In this document: positions 1-13,085 of the stretch, one piece after another
How the letters are laid out: every line of letters begins with the position of its first letter
Position numbering within the stretch: the stretch's first letter is position 1
Source: the human T2T-CHM13v2.0 reference genome, Homo sapiens
Direction: 5' to 3' (one strand)
Assembly (NCBI RefSeq): GCF_009914755.1
Contig: NC_060932.1
Length of the DNA stretch: 64,000 bases
Made by a program: the position numbers and the translations under genes
The notes under the pieces: generated by a model
The model's database searches: none
Told to the model about the DNA's origin: nothing
What the model saw: the letters and a program-made list of their open reading frames with translations, nothing else

Positions 1-29
1 TTCAGAGTGAAACCAAAAGTTATGCAAGG

Positions 30-450
30 GATAGACCATTCAGGGTTTGGTAACCTGAGTTAGAAAAGCCTTGGAAAATCTTTGAAGGATTCAAGAAGAA
101 ACTATTGTGATAAAATTTACATATTTTAAAAATTGCTGAAAATGCTGCTCAGGGAATTGATTAGATGGACAAGACTATTATGACAGTCAGAAGAGGAAAA
201 AGGTAGGCTTGGATTATGGTGGTAGCAATGAAAATGGAAAGATATGGCCCTAGACAGAACTAATAATGTGGGCTTGGTGATGAATTAAACATATAAGAGT
301 GTGGGTGAGAAAAATAGCAAGGATCAGTCCTGATCTGTTCCTTCATGAAGCAAAGGGGAGAACTAGTGATATTTTCTAAGATGAAGGCTGGGGGAGGATC
401 ATATTCTGGATGGAATATCAGTAATTTAACTATGTTAACTTCAGTATGGT
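30..450 (-). mobile_element. L2 LINE fragment (degraded)
   Basis: Purine-rich sequence resembles antisense L2 (ggtggtagcaatgaaaatggaaag... gatcatattctgga... tatgttaacttcag); boundaries approximate. Confidence 0.45.
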
Positions 451-489
451 AATAATAGAAACAACAATAGATAATCTGCAGTTCACATG

Positions 490-690
490 TATTAAATAAC
501 ATATATTTAATGGTACCAGACATTGCACTATGTGTGCATGATTTAGGTAGTAAAATTACCTCCATTTTTCAGATGAGGAAACTGGTATTTATGAAGGTTA
601 AGTAAAGTACACAAGGTCACATGCCCATAAATAATAGAACTGGGTTTTGAAGCCCCACAGTCTGACTCAAATCCATTTGCAGCACTATAC
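490..690 (-). mobile_element. MIR SINE
   Basis: MIR core in antisense: ccatttttcagatgaggaaactg...aggttaagtaa...caaggtcaca...ctgggttttgaagccc...tctgactc. Confidence 0.8.
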
Positions 691-774
691 TCTGACTTTC
701 AGATTCACATCTCTACTGGAAGGTGCTGTCCAGTAGTTTGAAATGTGGGGCCTGAATTTAAATTTTGGTACGCA

Positions 775-1155
775 TAATGCAGTGTGACCTTGGTTCAGGT
801 AATTTCCTGTCTTAAGTCTCAATGGTCTCACCTCTGAAATGAAGGGAAAAGTACCTACAACCAAAGGGTTGTTATTAAAATTAAATGAGATAAAAACTTA
901 TTCCTCCTCATAGGAAATAATAAATTAATAAGCCATAAATATAATACATCTGTGCATTATATTTATGTACATATTCTATTTATGTATGTATAATTTTAAT
1001 ACTAATATATATTATATCTACATTAGAGTGAAATACTGTAAGTTTATTATCAAATAATCATCATATTAAAATTAAATGAGATAAAATGTTATTCCTCCTC
1101 ATAGGAAATAATAAATTAATAAGCCATAAATATAATACATGCATGTAAGAGCCTT
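775..1155 (+). mobile_element. MIR SINE interrupted by a local duplication/insertion
   Basis: gtgtgaccttgg...ctcacctctgaaatgaag...gtacctac...gggttgttattaaaattaaatgagataa, resuming as aatacatgcatgtaagagcct near 1134-1154. Confidence 0.65.
873..1140 (+). repeat. 77-bp direct repeat (873-949 and 1064-1140)
   Basis: tattaaaattaaatgagataaaa(ac/tg)ttattcctcctcataggaaataataaattaataagccataaatataatacat occurs twice with 2 mismatches. Confidence 0.95.
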
Positions 1156-1159
1156 GTTG

Positions 1160-1540
1160 GTGTCCTGCCCAGATACACAAATTCATTTCATGGGCTAATA
1201 AAGATATATAACTTAAATGTTCTACGAAGGATTACCCTTAGCTTTGATTAAAGATTCCCGGGGGTTGCAAACCTCATCCTGGGCAGCCAGGTTATGGTGA
1301 CTGGTGCAAGAATACAAAAGTTTCACCCCCTTGTCTCAAGGTATTAATAACTCGTCAGTGCCATTTAAACTCTAGAGTTCCCTGCAGGGTCATGTGAAAT
1401 CTTTACTTAGCTTTTTCATGTTTCCAATTCTTTTTCATTTATTCTCACGTAAGTTTCTCCTGCAAACACTCTTATTATAAATCACCTACACAGTAAACAT
1501 TGACCCAACCTCTGCTTCTAGGGAAGCCAAACAAAGGCAG
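1160..1540. mobile_element. old ERVL-class solo LTR (LTR33/LTR16-like)
   Basis: Terminal motif ctgcttctagggaagccaaacaaaggca and internal gccatttaaactctagagttccctgcaggg resemble this LTR group; subfamily and strand uncertain. Confidence 0.45.
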
Positions 1541-2187
1541 CTGAAGCATGGAAAAAAAGACTGGAAAGATATTGAGGAAATCAGCATATTGATATTTTTT
1601 AAGCTACAAAGTTGGATAGGATAGCCTTAGGAAGTGTGTGAAGACAGAGGAAAATTAAACCAAGTTCAAACTTCTAATCCTTCCTAAATGTAGGTGTTGG
1701 GAGGAAAAAATGGAGGAGCTAAAGGAGACTGAGGAGGTAAGTCCAGAAAGTTAGGAAGCAATTCAGATAAGCAGGCACCATTAAATGCACATAAAATGCA
1801 CAATCTAGAAGTAAACAGCTGGTCAAGGAGAATTCCAGACTTAGAGAGAATGGGAAGGAGTACAAGACTCCAAAGGAGAGAACTTAGCAAGAAGAGGTCA
1901 GCCTGCCACAACTGCATAGGAGCTGAAAACAGACTCAATAGATTAGAACAAAATGGTTTATTACATACAGCAGCAAACAGCAGAAACATCAACATGGTAG
2001 CATCAGTTCACCTGCCCCTAAGTCCCATGGGGAGATTCAGTGTGCACACAGAGCAGTCACACATGCAGCAGGTTGTAACTTGGATGAGGAACCCAAGGCC
2101 AAGGGCTCAGTACCTTTTTTACTAAGCAGTAAACAAGCCAGTAGACATACAAGCAACAAGCAGTAGATTTGTGCTAGTCATGCTGGG

Positions 2188-2551
2188 TGTATTAGTCTGT
2201 CCTCATGCTGCTCATAAAGACATACCCAAGACTGGGTAATTTATAAATGAAAGAGGTTTAACGGACTCACAGTTCCACATGGCTGGGGAGGCCTCACAAT
2301 CATGGCTGAAGGCTAATGAGGAGCAAAGTCACATCTTACATGGCGGCAGGCAAGAGTGTGGGTGCAGGGGAATCCCCATTTATAAAACTAACAGCTCTCA
2401 TGAGACTTATTCACTATCACAAGAACAGCACAGGAAAGACCCACTTCCATTATTCAATTACCTCCTACCAGGTCCCTCCCACGACATGTGGGAATTATGG
2501 GAGCTACAATTCAAGATGATATTTGGGTGGGGACACATCCAAACCATATTA
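2188..2551 (-). mobile_element. THE1 (MaLR) solo LTR with 5-bp TSD CTGGG
   Basis: tgtattagtctgtcctcatgctgct...ggacacatccaaaccatatta; CTGGG at 2183-2187 and 2552-2556. Confidence 0.95.
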
Positions 2552-4520
2552 CTGGGGTCACTTTGACTTATTAAATTACCTGGGAGACTACCTATAGATA
2601 TGGCTCAGGGTAGGAGAAAAGTTTGGCCTTGCAGTTTGGCAGACTCAGCAAGGATGTGTAGGGACATTGGAGACTTATGGAAGACAGTCTCTCTCTACAG
2701 CTTAAATCCCCTAGACTCTCAGTGATGACAACTGAGGTGGCAGCACCTTTCAGTGATTTATATCAAAAACTAATAACCAGTTGGATCTACCACCAAAGCG
2801 CTACAACAGAAAAAGCTATAATTATATACTTAAAATAACTGAGTAACATATATATACTCAGTTAATTTTAATAGTGGTAAAGATAATTATCAAATCGACA
2901 AATGCTAGGTGTCCCATTTTTAAATTTATAGTATTTTTGTTTTTATGTAAATGTAATGTTTATACCTCCCTCCTGTTATTGGCTCAAAATGCTTTCCAAT
3001 AATTCCCTTCCTTTTTAAACACTTCAGGTGTTAGAATGGTTTTTCCTTTAAAAATAAGATATGTGAAATACAGGAAAATGCTGAGAGCTGACAGGAGTGT
3101 CCAAGCCTTGCAACCATGTTGATGGCAGATATGAAACTAGATCACATCTATCTTTGAACAGCTAGTGTTATACAGGCTAGTCTTCCCTATAAGGGAATAT
3201 CTAGTTGACTCATGAGGATGGTCTTCAAGTCATGTCAGCATCCCTCAGCTTTAAAGCCCTTTCAACTTTGAGCTGGAAGGTAACTCATAGATCCCTTACA
3301 GAGCATATAGGAAAACTGATTTTTCTATTTAGGACATAGTCGCCACATAGGGTGCTCACAGGGTCTCTGGCTCCAGAGGTGAGAATTAAAGGGCTTCATT
3401 AGGTGAAGTCCACATCAGAGAAGGTATTTAGAAAGTGATTCTGAGGAATTGGCAATAGACTCCATCCTGCCCTTTTTCTCACTCTTCACCCCTGCTATTT
3501 TCCACTGACAATTTTATTCTCTTTTGTTTGCCTTCCCACACTGTTCCCTGCCTTGTGTTTTTCCTCCTGATCTCAGTGATCTATCCACTCTGTCATTTCC
3601 CTGATGATGCAGTCATGGCTCAGAGGGAACTGCTAAAAACTCCAAGTCTCCCTTTATTTCATGGATTTAACTGCTATTAGAATAGAGAATTTTTGTGAAA
3701 TACAAGCTTTTCTAAAGTGCTGTATGAGTTGATTAAAATGTCAGCTTGTCTTTTTGAACCCACCTTCCATTGGAGGCAAAATTAAACAGTCTGTGCACAG
3801 TCATAGGGACATGACATGCATGTGAAAGCGGCAAAGAGAGGGCAACATACTAACTAGCTCAGACCCAGAAATGGGTGCCCTTTGAAATGAGGCACTTCTG
3901 GGAGCTCCTACTGCATTTGAAGAAGAGGAGAAATCAAGCCTTAGACTGGTAACCCGCACACTGATCCCAAGTGTTCTGGGGCGATTGATATTAACAGTTG
4001 TGACAAGAGTAAAAAAGCAAGCTACCAGGCAGCAATAGCATCTACTTACAAAAGGATCTCACTGAAGGGTGATGTGATCATAAACAAAATTGGGATAACA
4101 TTGTTTCCTCTACCGGGTGTTGTAAAGGTGAGAGAGATAAGTATTGTACCTAGTGGTTTGTCTGTAAAGTAATGGAAAGATATTAGCTCTGATTTTTTAT
4201 CAAACCATCATCTTCAAAGTAAGTGGATGGATCTTCCTCATTGTACTATTCCTTGCATTTAACACAGTGTGGTGCAAAACACAGCACGTAGATGACCCCA
4301 AATAAATGTGTGGAAAGGAATAATAAACCTTTTCTTAGTCTGGGATTCTTAAGGTAGGGCAGCCAACAGTCAGGAGAGAGTTGGCTCTGTTGCCTTGTTA
4401 TATTAAGTTACATTGCGTTGCATTGAATTAACTGCATTATAGTGTATTATAGTATCCATTCCTCATAGCCTCATAGTCTTTGAATGTCCGCTGAAATATA
4501 ACAATCAGGGAAGATAACTC

Positions 4521-4542
4521 TGTGTGTGTGTGTGTGGTGTGT

Positions 4543-4573
<31 letters not shown>
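4521..4573. repeat. (TG)n microsatellite, interrupted
   Basis: Directly visible TG run with two GG interruptions. Confidence 0.97.
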
Positions 4574-4574
<1 letters not shown>

Positions 4575-6419
4575 TAGGTGAAAGAGAGAGAAATGATAGG
4601 TGTTTATTAAGAGTAGCCTTGAGAAAGTGAAGATTAGGGCTAAGAAGGGTTGTAACAAGTGACTGATCACAGGATTTGCATAGGAGTACTACACATTTTT
4701 TACAAGAATTCTAGGGAGGAAAGGGAAGTAGGGGACTGAGGATGATTGCTGGCTAGGAAAGATATGAAATCTTGAATAAGGCGTATCTCCATGAAAAGAG
4801 CTGTTGGAGCTTGTTCTGGTACCTTTCTTGATGGTTTAAGGCTGCAGGTGAAATACATATTGGTTTCCAAAAAGAGAAAACAGCGATAAAGCCGCAGAGA
4901 AAAACAGTAGCTCGTTTCAATTGTATCTGCCGCTCATAACTCTCACGTTTTCACTGAAGCAACTAAAATAATGTTGTACCTGTTGTGATTCCATTTCTTT
5001 TAATGGCCATCAAGGGGCAGTGTTTTGCACTCAAACCAGAGCAGGTGACAAATGTAAAAGAAGGTGCCTTACAGGTTATAACTTTGCAAGGATCATAGAA
5101 GGAAACACGCTTGCAAACTATGAGAAATTTGGGCTTTGAGCCAAGTTTATCTGATCACTAAGGACAGGAAAATACTCACACGATATCTGGGTAACACATA
5201 TAGTCAACACCTCCTCAGCCGTACTTTGTAATATCCAGTCAATTTGCCCAGCCTCAATATCCTAAATAACATAAAATAGGAAATATGGTTTGCAGATTAA
5301 TAAAGTCAAGATGATATCTTAAACGTTCTCTGAAGCCCTTTTGCTTACTATTATTCTATATACAGGACCACAGTCTTTATGATGTAGAAAATTCTGAAAA
5401 CATTTTTACGTATCATCTGACATGGTCCATATTTTTCTTTTATTTGTCAACTTAACCAGAATACCCATGCTGACCTTTTTGAAAACTTGGTTAGAAGACC
5501 TGGCTATTTATTTTGACACTTTGATATTTTCTAATTCATCTTTGTTTAGAAAGCCGAATTTTAAGTATTAAGTCAGTAAATGCTTTAACAAGTGGGATAG
5601 CCTGAAAGTACTATATTCATCATGCTGAATAAGTTTCAATTTTTTCAAAAATTATAGAGACATAAAAAGAAACACCCTGTAGGCATCAAAAAGAAAAAAA
5701 AAAACAAAACCTCAGTGCCACAACTGTATTCTAATGGCTAAAGGCATTTAAATTACCTACATTTTGGAAACATTCATACCTAGCACCAAATACTTGGTTT
5801 TTATAACTCTCAGACTTTGTCTTGTTCTTTTAAATGAGATTCTACAAATAGATATTTCTACTCATTGTCATTCTAGGGGAACAGTTTGTTTCTTGATAAA
5901 GTAAGGGCCTTGGAAGGGGAAAATATAATACAATGAAAACAGCACCAAACTAAGAATTAAAAAGTCCATATTATTGTCCTTGTTCTGCCACAGGTATGAT
6001 GAATAATCTCAGACAATATACTCTGCTTATTCTTAATTTCTAATATTTTTTAGCCTCTTTTGCCTTTGGCTTCCTGATAGCATTATAGTTGAACAAAATT
6101 TTCTGGAGCTAATAAAACAAAAAAGGGATGGAGTGGAGGCATGAATCATAGAGGTGGATACTTTCCAAAGTGTCTTCTATTTCTCAAATCATACCAAACA
6201 ATAGTAACAAGCAAAGTCCTTGATCGTGTGAAAATTGATGTTATCCAGAGCACTTATGAAATTAACATAAATGTTACTATTTTACAACATAATATTAAAA
6301 CCCTCCTGTTACATTGGGCTTTTAGTTCCTCCAATATAACAGATACGAGAGAGAGAAGGTGGGTGCAAATGTGCATAAATTTGTACCTCTGTTGGTGAGA
6401 ACATGCTGGTAATTCCTGG

Positions 6420-6560
6420 CTAATGGCTCCTCTTCCTTCCTCTAGTTTGCGATAAGTGACTTTGGACAGCATACTTCTATGAACTTCAGTTTCTCCCTTC
6501 AGTTGACTAGATAACATGAGAAAACACATATGAAAGAGGCTAACACTCATTCTAAGTACT
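6420..6560 (+). mobile_element. MIR fragment
   Basis: gtgactttggacag...cttctatgaacttcagtttctcc. Confidence 0.5.
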
Positions 6561-6888
6561 CAGTAAGAGTGTATTTCCACAGAATAAGAAAAGATTTGTT
6601 TTCTTAATATTTGAGGTTGGACAGCAATATAATTTTTAATGGTCAAAATGGTAATCTTTATAGAGGAACCAAGTATCTGAGGGTAAACAGAGTTACCAAA
6701 ATATGAGTCAAGGGCATCCAAGAATAGAGGCATAAGGTCACAGTACATATAAAGAATGGTGAAGTGCTCTATGGTGAGATGGCTACATGATGTGTTGTCA
6801 GGGGTGGCAGCAAGAAGAAAAGCTCATTGATCCAGAGACCTTTTCCATAATCCACAGGATAGCGTTTCAGTTTTATCTTATGGACTTT

Positions 6889-7225
6889 CAGCCTCCAATA
6901 CAGTAGCCACCAGCCACATACGATTGTTGACCACTGGAAATGTGGCTAATGTGACTGAGAAATTAGATCTTTTATTTTATTTAAATTAATTTAAATGTAA
7001 AAGCTGAAGTGATGTACACTTGTATTAAACACAACTTTCTTTGGGGACAGAATTCCATTTCACTTTAGATGCTGAAAATTTGGCATCCCAGTTGAGATGC
7101 GTAAAGTGTAAAATACACTTTAAAGGCTTTATACAAATAATCTGGAGTATTAATAATTCTTAAAGTGATTGCATGTTGGTATAATAATATTTTCTATATA
7201 TTGGGTTTAATAAACTATATTATTG
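6889..7225. mobile_element. hAT-Charlie DNA transposon fossil (MER3/MER33/Charlie1-like)
   Basis: ccaatacagtagccaccagccacat...gaaatgtggctaatgtgactgagaaa...gtgtaaaatacac...gattgcatgttggtataataatattttctatatattgggtttaataaactatattatt. Confidence 0.75.
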
Positions 7226-8869
7226 ATCCCTTAACATTATATGCAAAATATTATGAATATGAGTATGTGTGCAATTGTGTTCATTTTTCTAATGACATGT
7301 GTCAAGGCTTTTACCATATTATAAAAGGAGGTACACGACATTCTCTAGGGGAAAAAAAGACTAAAATCATTGATCTAGGATCTACATAGACTAAGAAGAC
7401 CTGGATAAATAGAGAAAAAAACGGAATAGACAACCTTGGAGAGGGTTTACATTTATATGAGAAAAGAATAATTAAGTAGACTAACCCTCAAAATGTAATT
7501 AAAAATAAATGGCAGTTTTTCATAGGCTTTTAATGATTTGAAAAACTTGGAGAGAGTGTTTGCTAGCTGGAATACTTTATTGTTTGTAAGAATGGTTCCC
7601 ATGAAAATATTCTTTGATCATGCTCTTTTTTGAATATCTAAGATATAGTATCTGCTAGAGTATCTATATCTAGAAGTAAGATCTTCATTTTTAAATACCA
7701 TTTCCTGCCCCGGAGCTGGGAAGTGTCTAGCTAGAACATCTGTGAGATAATCAGCTACTACTCATCAGCTATCTCAATGGCCCCTTGTCCTGGAAGTTGA
7801 AGCTGGTCATTTCAAAACAATGTGGAAACTGAGTTGTACCCCCATGGGCAGCTGAGAATTTAAATGGATTTCAGGTGCAGAGGTAGTATCACTTACCATT
7901 GAAGACTTCTAACAGGAACAAGCTTCAGACCTGGGAAAATTCAAAATAACAGAACAGATGTAATCATGACAAGCCAAACCACAGACTTGTAACTATAGCC
8001 CCAGAAAACTATGGATCAAAATGGATTCACATATGGACTCATTGTAACACACTCATTGAACAAATCAGTGAAGACCAGAAAGAAGGCCAAAATTTTAGTG
8101 AACATGTCTTTTCCCAGCATGCTTGCTCAAGCTTAAAACTCCAAAAGGCCTTTCTGCCATTGCATAGGTTGATGACAAATTTTTGCCATTGTATAAACAG
8201 ACTGGCAGTTTATAGAAGGAGCACAGGGAGAATGAAAATGAGACTGAAGTCAGAAGACTTTCATCTAGAAGTCTGTTCTAAGACCATGAGATGTGTCCTC
8301 TTAGAGCTTTACTTTTTCATCTTTCCATTGAAAAGATGGTACTAATGGACATTGAATTCTTTCCCTTTCCTGACTTTCAATGGTTTTATATCAAGGTATC
8401 GTTAATAAAAGAAAAATTGACATCATGCACGGCTTAGGTTTTTGCCTAACTAGCTTAAATGTAAGCACTCTATTCAATATTATTTTCAGCTCTAGCATTA
8501 TAGATAAATGATTTGTGTTGAAACTCAATCCATTTATTTTTATTCTCAATTGGTGTCCAATATTGAATTTCTCATCAGTTATGCAAATCATAGCAAAAAG
8601 AAAAACAAATAACTGAATGAGGGTTTTTTGCAAATATTTCTGCATTGGATAGCCGTAAAAATTTGGTGAAAATGTTTATTTTTTCCACATGTTCATATTT
8701 TATTTTCAAATAAGACAGAATATATACATACACACATATATATTTAAAATTCACCTTCTGTGCTTTTAGACAAGCTTTCTATGAATGTTGATTTTTTACA
8801 AATTATTTTCATTTGTGTAATATAAGTCACAAAATGCACACTGCTAGTAGGAGTAACTATATTATTATC

Positions 8870-9060
8870 CCCATATATATGAAAGGCACTATCCAAAGCA
8901 TTATACATATTTCATCCTCACAACTAATATATATTATTTCACTCATTTAACATATGAGAAAATTTAAAGATTAAATAAGTAGCTCAAGGTAAAATAGCAG
9001 ATAAGTTGCATAACCAGGAGTGGAACAAAGGTTAACCTTACTCCCATTTCTCATGACGTT
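8870..9060 (-). mobile_element. MIR SINE
   Basis: ttcatcctcacaac...attatttcactcatttaacatatgagaaaattta...aagtagctcaaggt. Confidence 0.65.
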
Positions 9061-9519
9061 TTCATTTCACAACTTCTCTTCTCCTACTTTACTGACTCTG
9101 TTTTCCTCATCTGCCATTTCTTTAATCCATTAAACATTGCACATGATCCAGCTTTAACTCCAGACGTTGGACAAAAGGTCATTCCATGATCTTTGAACAA
9201 GTCTTTGCATCTCTTTACTGAATTATGTAAGTATTCACTTTTGTGGAAAAAAAATTAAGTCTATTGGCATTTGGAATTTTCCATTTTTCAACTAACCAAG
9301 AAATCTGGGAAGCAAACTGGAGAATTTGAAGTCTCCTAATGAGCACTTTTACCATAATAGTGACCAAAATTCTTTAACATCTATTAGAATCTTTTCAGTG
9401 ACAGAAGATCAACAGTTTAAAAGTAGTTCATTCCTGTAAGATGACTTTCTAGGTTTTTAGAAGCTATACGTATGGAATGAGTAAGAATATAAATTTATCA
9501 TTCCAAAGCCTTAATTTTA

Positions 9520-9770
9520 TTCTAGTCTTCTCACTGAAATTTCAGAATAATATATCCAGACACCAACTAACATCTCTTTATAAGCTTAGATGGTTCAGAA
9601 GCAATTAAAATCCACTATATTTCAAAGTAATGCCATCCTCTCCTTCCCCACACCTGCTCTTCTTCTAATGTTTTCTATCTTAGGAAATGTTTCCTTTCTC
9701 AGCAAATGATACCATCATCCACTCAGTTTCTCAAACAGAATCAACAAGATTTGACATTTTCTTGAGAGGG
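9520..9770 (+). mobile_element. L2 fragment
   Basis: atatccagacaccaactaacatctc...ccacacctgctcttcttc...ccatcatccactcagtttctcaaacagaa. Confidence 0.55.
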
Positions 9771-12700
9771 TTAGATAAGAAGTAAAAATGCTCTTTGATT
9801 TTTCCTCTTTCATTCTCACTAACACTGTCATCTCATTGTTAGTTTTCTCCAATTGTCTTTTAATTGATTTTAAGTTTTTGAAAAATTGTTGAGCATATAA
9901 ATAAATGTGCACCAAATAAATTGAATATTGAAGCCAGAGGTCTATGTGGCCAGGTTATAGCCTCATTTCATGGTTGTACAATCACCTTCGATGAGATCAC
10001 GAGAGGTTTGTCTCCAAGTGGGATTCTAGGTAATAACAAATGCTTAGAACTGGTAAACTGAGCAGAGATTCGAGAAGCAAGACTGTTTCATGTGGATAGA
10101 GTGAGGCTCCCAGAGACCTTGGACAATACAGAAAAAGAGTTGAAGGCTTCAAGAAAAAAAAAAACTTGGTTTCCTTTTTAAAAGTTAATGAAACTTTGAT
10201 TATGTTAATAATAATAACAACAACAAATGTTATCTACCAATTGTTATATTCCTAATTAGTGAATAAGGGCAAATTACTTAGATTTAAATTATATTAGTTT
10301 TATTATCTGGATAATTAAAGTTTCCAACTCTACCACAACAACCTGCTTTCAGATGGCTGATAATGTGATAAAAATAAACTATGTTTTCAAGCCCCATGGT
10401 ATAATTTTCTATTCTTTGCCTGCAAATTAACTCATAACCAATATAGTTGCATTGGTCCCTTTATTTTTCTCCTGTGTGAAATTGTTCTCTTCTCATCTAA
10501 AGTATACTAACTTATTAAATATAAATTTCAATGTCATACTATTATTTAGTCTGCCATAATGTAAATATGACATCACAGAAGTCATCGGTTATAACTTTCT
10601 TTGAAAATTTATATATTAACTTCTGAGCCACATATCTGACAGAAAGTAAAATAATCAAGAAAACATACAAACAAAACCAAAAATAGAGGTTTGCATAGTA
10701 CAACTCCTGGAGAGTTTTTCAATCAAATACAAATAAATGATAAACCAATCTACTTGTATATGGTTATTAAACAAGAGAAATGAGCAAAATTTTCAGTCTA
10801 CATATGCTTGAAATCTCCCATCCTTTATTCACCAAATATAAATTGAATCCAAAAAAGCATCCAATTATTTTGAAGTCACTCTTTACTAAATATATGTTTA
10901 AACCAACTCATGGAAATACTTCCTTTTGATTTGCAAAGACAAAAAGAGAAACAATCTAGGACACAATTTTATCAAATACAATTCTGTTGGCATTACATGT
11001 TTTTTTCTTCCAGGGAAGCATATTCTTCCATCAATCTCTTTTTAAGGCGATTATTCAAATATCACTACAATATTTTGCAGCTCTATTTTATAAAAGTCTA
11101 TTAATTTTAACTGAAATCAAAATAACTACAAAGCAAGCAAGTTTTACCAGTGCCATCATTCTTCATCCCCATTGCTGCCAGAGTAAGTATAACTAAATAG
11201 ATAGCAGAGGTGGTAGAGGATTTTGCCTGAAATATTTAGAAACCTATGTTAAAGCAATTGTTGAAAATCAACTATTCCTGAAGGCCGCTGAATTTTATAA
11301 TTCCAGAGAGTACCATTTATAGAAGCTAGCCCAGAAAAGGTTCCAAACACACCAGTCCTTCCTGTAATATATTTTCTGCATATCTGTTAGGGAGAATTAT
11401 CGCAAATGACTTTCCTATCTCATCCACAGATCAATGTTCTCAGCACAAGAGGTTGTGTCTTTATCTTTGTATCATTATTGTCTACTACACTGACTGGCAC
11501 AGAGAGAGTGTACAAACAAAGATTCTTCTTTGAACTGAAGCAAACTTCCGTCTATATTTCAAAGTATCAACTAGGGAGCTAGTTTGGAGATCCTAGCTAT
11601 CACCAACATCATTTATTTGATAAAGTTGACTTTAATCTACTACACAACTTTAGGAGGAAACTCCATGGAACTTGGAAAAAAGAAGGAAACAGTTGCCAAA
11701 CCTGCTAGCACAAGAAATCAACCCTGGGAAATAATGGAATGCAGGTGGTTTGAGCCAATTTTATCCATAATCAGTCACTCTCCATTCTAGTCAATTCTTC
11801 CTCAATTCGTTAGCTCTCACCTCATATTGCATATCAGCACGCCATATAGTTTGATTTTTCGTTCTGATTCTCTTAATTTTTCAGTTTTAGTTGCCAATTC
11901 ATCAGCTGCCTACATATGACAATTCCTCTTCTCTCTCATTGCTAAAATTCACGCAAAGTTTCCAATTGCTAGCACTTGTCCAACATCTTGCGGTGAAAAG
12001 TATCACTATATGCTCCATGTAGTAATTTCGGAGAAAGAAATTGTCACTCTGATTTCTGACTTGATTTCTAAATTGGCATTAGGGTTAAATATAGGAAGTA
12101 TTGTTTTATTGAAATACTTAAATTTACTATTGTAAATACTTTTATACTTTTATATCTTTCCTTTCCCCAACCCCATAAGTTAAAAAAAATTCCATCCAAC
12201 TTTGTTTGCCAAATGCAATAATAAGAGGCAACCAGAACACATTTAGAGAGCACTGTTACTCTCTTAGAATTGAGGAAACAAAGGGGACTCATCTTGCATT
12301 GACACCTAAGGAATATAAATTTCCAAGATTGTAACTATGAGACTATGATGCCAGATCAGGAAGAAGCTGAGATGAATCTGTTGGTAGCTACACTTTGATG
12401 AGCAAAGTTAAAAGGGACAAGGGTATATGAGAGTTTCTTACTGTTAGGAACAGCGTCAATTGAGAAGTTCATTTTCAACTATTTGTAATCCCAATTAGAG
12501 GAGGTAGGCTGTTGGTCACCTACATGATTAAGAAAGAATCATACGCAACAAACCAATGGAGACATTGCTAAACATTCCCTGTTAAAGTATCTTTAAGAAA
12601 TCCCCAAGAATGCTGTATGAAAATGCTACCCTTGAATATCCACCAACCCTCCATAACACAAATGTCAGATCATAGCAATACCTGTCAATAAAAAAAATGC

Positions 12701-12882
12701 TTGCTCCTTACGGCCAACCTCAAACTCAGAGGAGCTAGAAAGGAACCAAGAATGGGATGGGGAAATGGGTAGAAGAAAAAACACAAAGTGGAGAAATAGA
12801 GAAGGTGTCCATAACCCTCTATCCCACTGCAAGTGCCCCGCCTGAAGCAAGGTAGAGCTTGGGGAGGGTGTTAAATGAGCAG

Positions 12883-13085
12883 AACACATGGACACAGGAA
12901 GGAGAACATCACACACCGGGGCCCGTTGTTGGGTGGGGGGAGGGGGGAGGGATAGCATTAGGAGATATACCTAATGTTAAATGACGAGTTAATGGGTGCA
13001 GCACACCAACATGGCACATGTATACATATGTAACAAACCTGCACGTTGTGCACATGTACCCTAAAACTTAAAGTATAATAAAAAA
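12883..13085 (+). mobile_element. 5'-truncated L1PA (L1PA4-like) 3' UTR with polyA and 10-bp TSD
   Basis: aacacatggacacaggaagg...gttaaatgacgagttaatgggtgcagcacaccaacatggc...aaagtataataaaaa; TSD AAATGAGCAG at 12873-12882 and 13086-13095; TT|AAAT endonuclease-type site. Confidence 0.95.

Noticed and set aside
1796-2125. 109-aa ATG-initiated ORF outside obvious young repeats
   Set aside because: No recognisable domain or splice context; its 3' half looks like a degraded old LTR that hosts the THE1 insertion.
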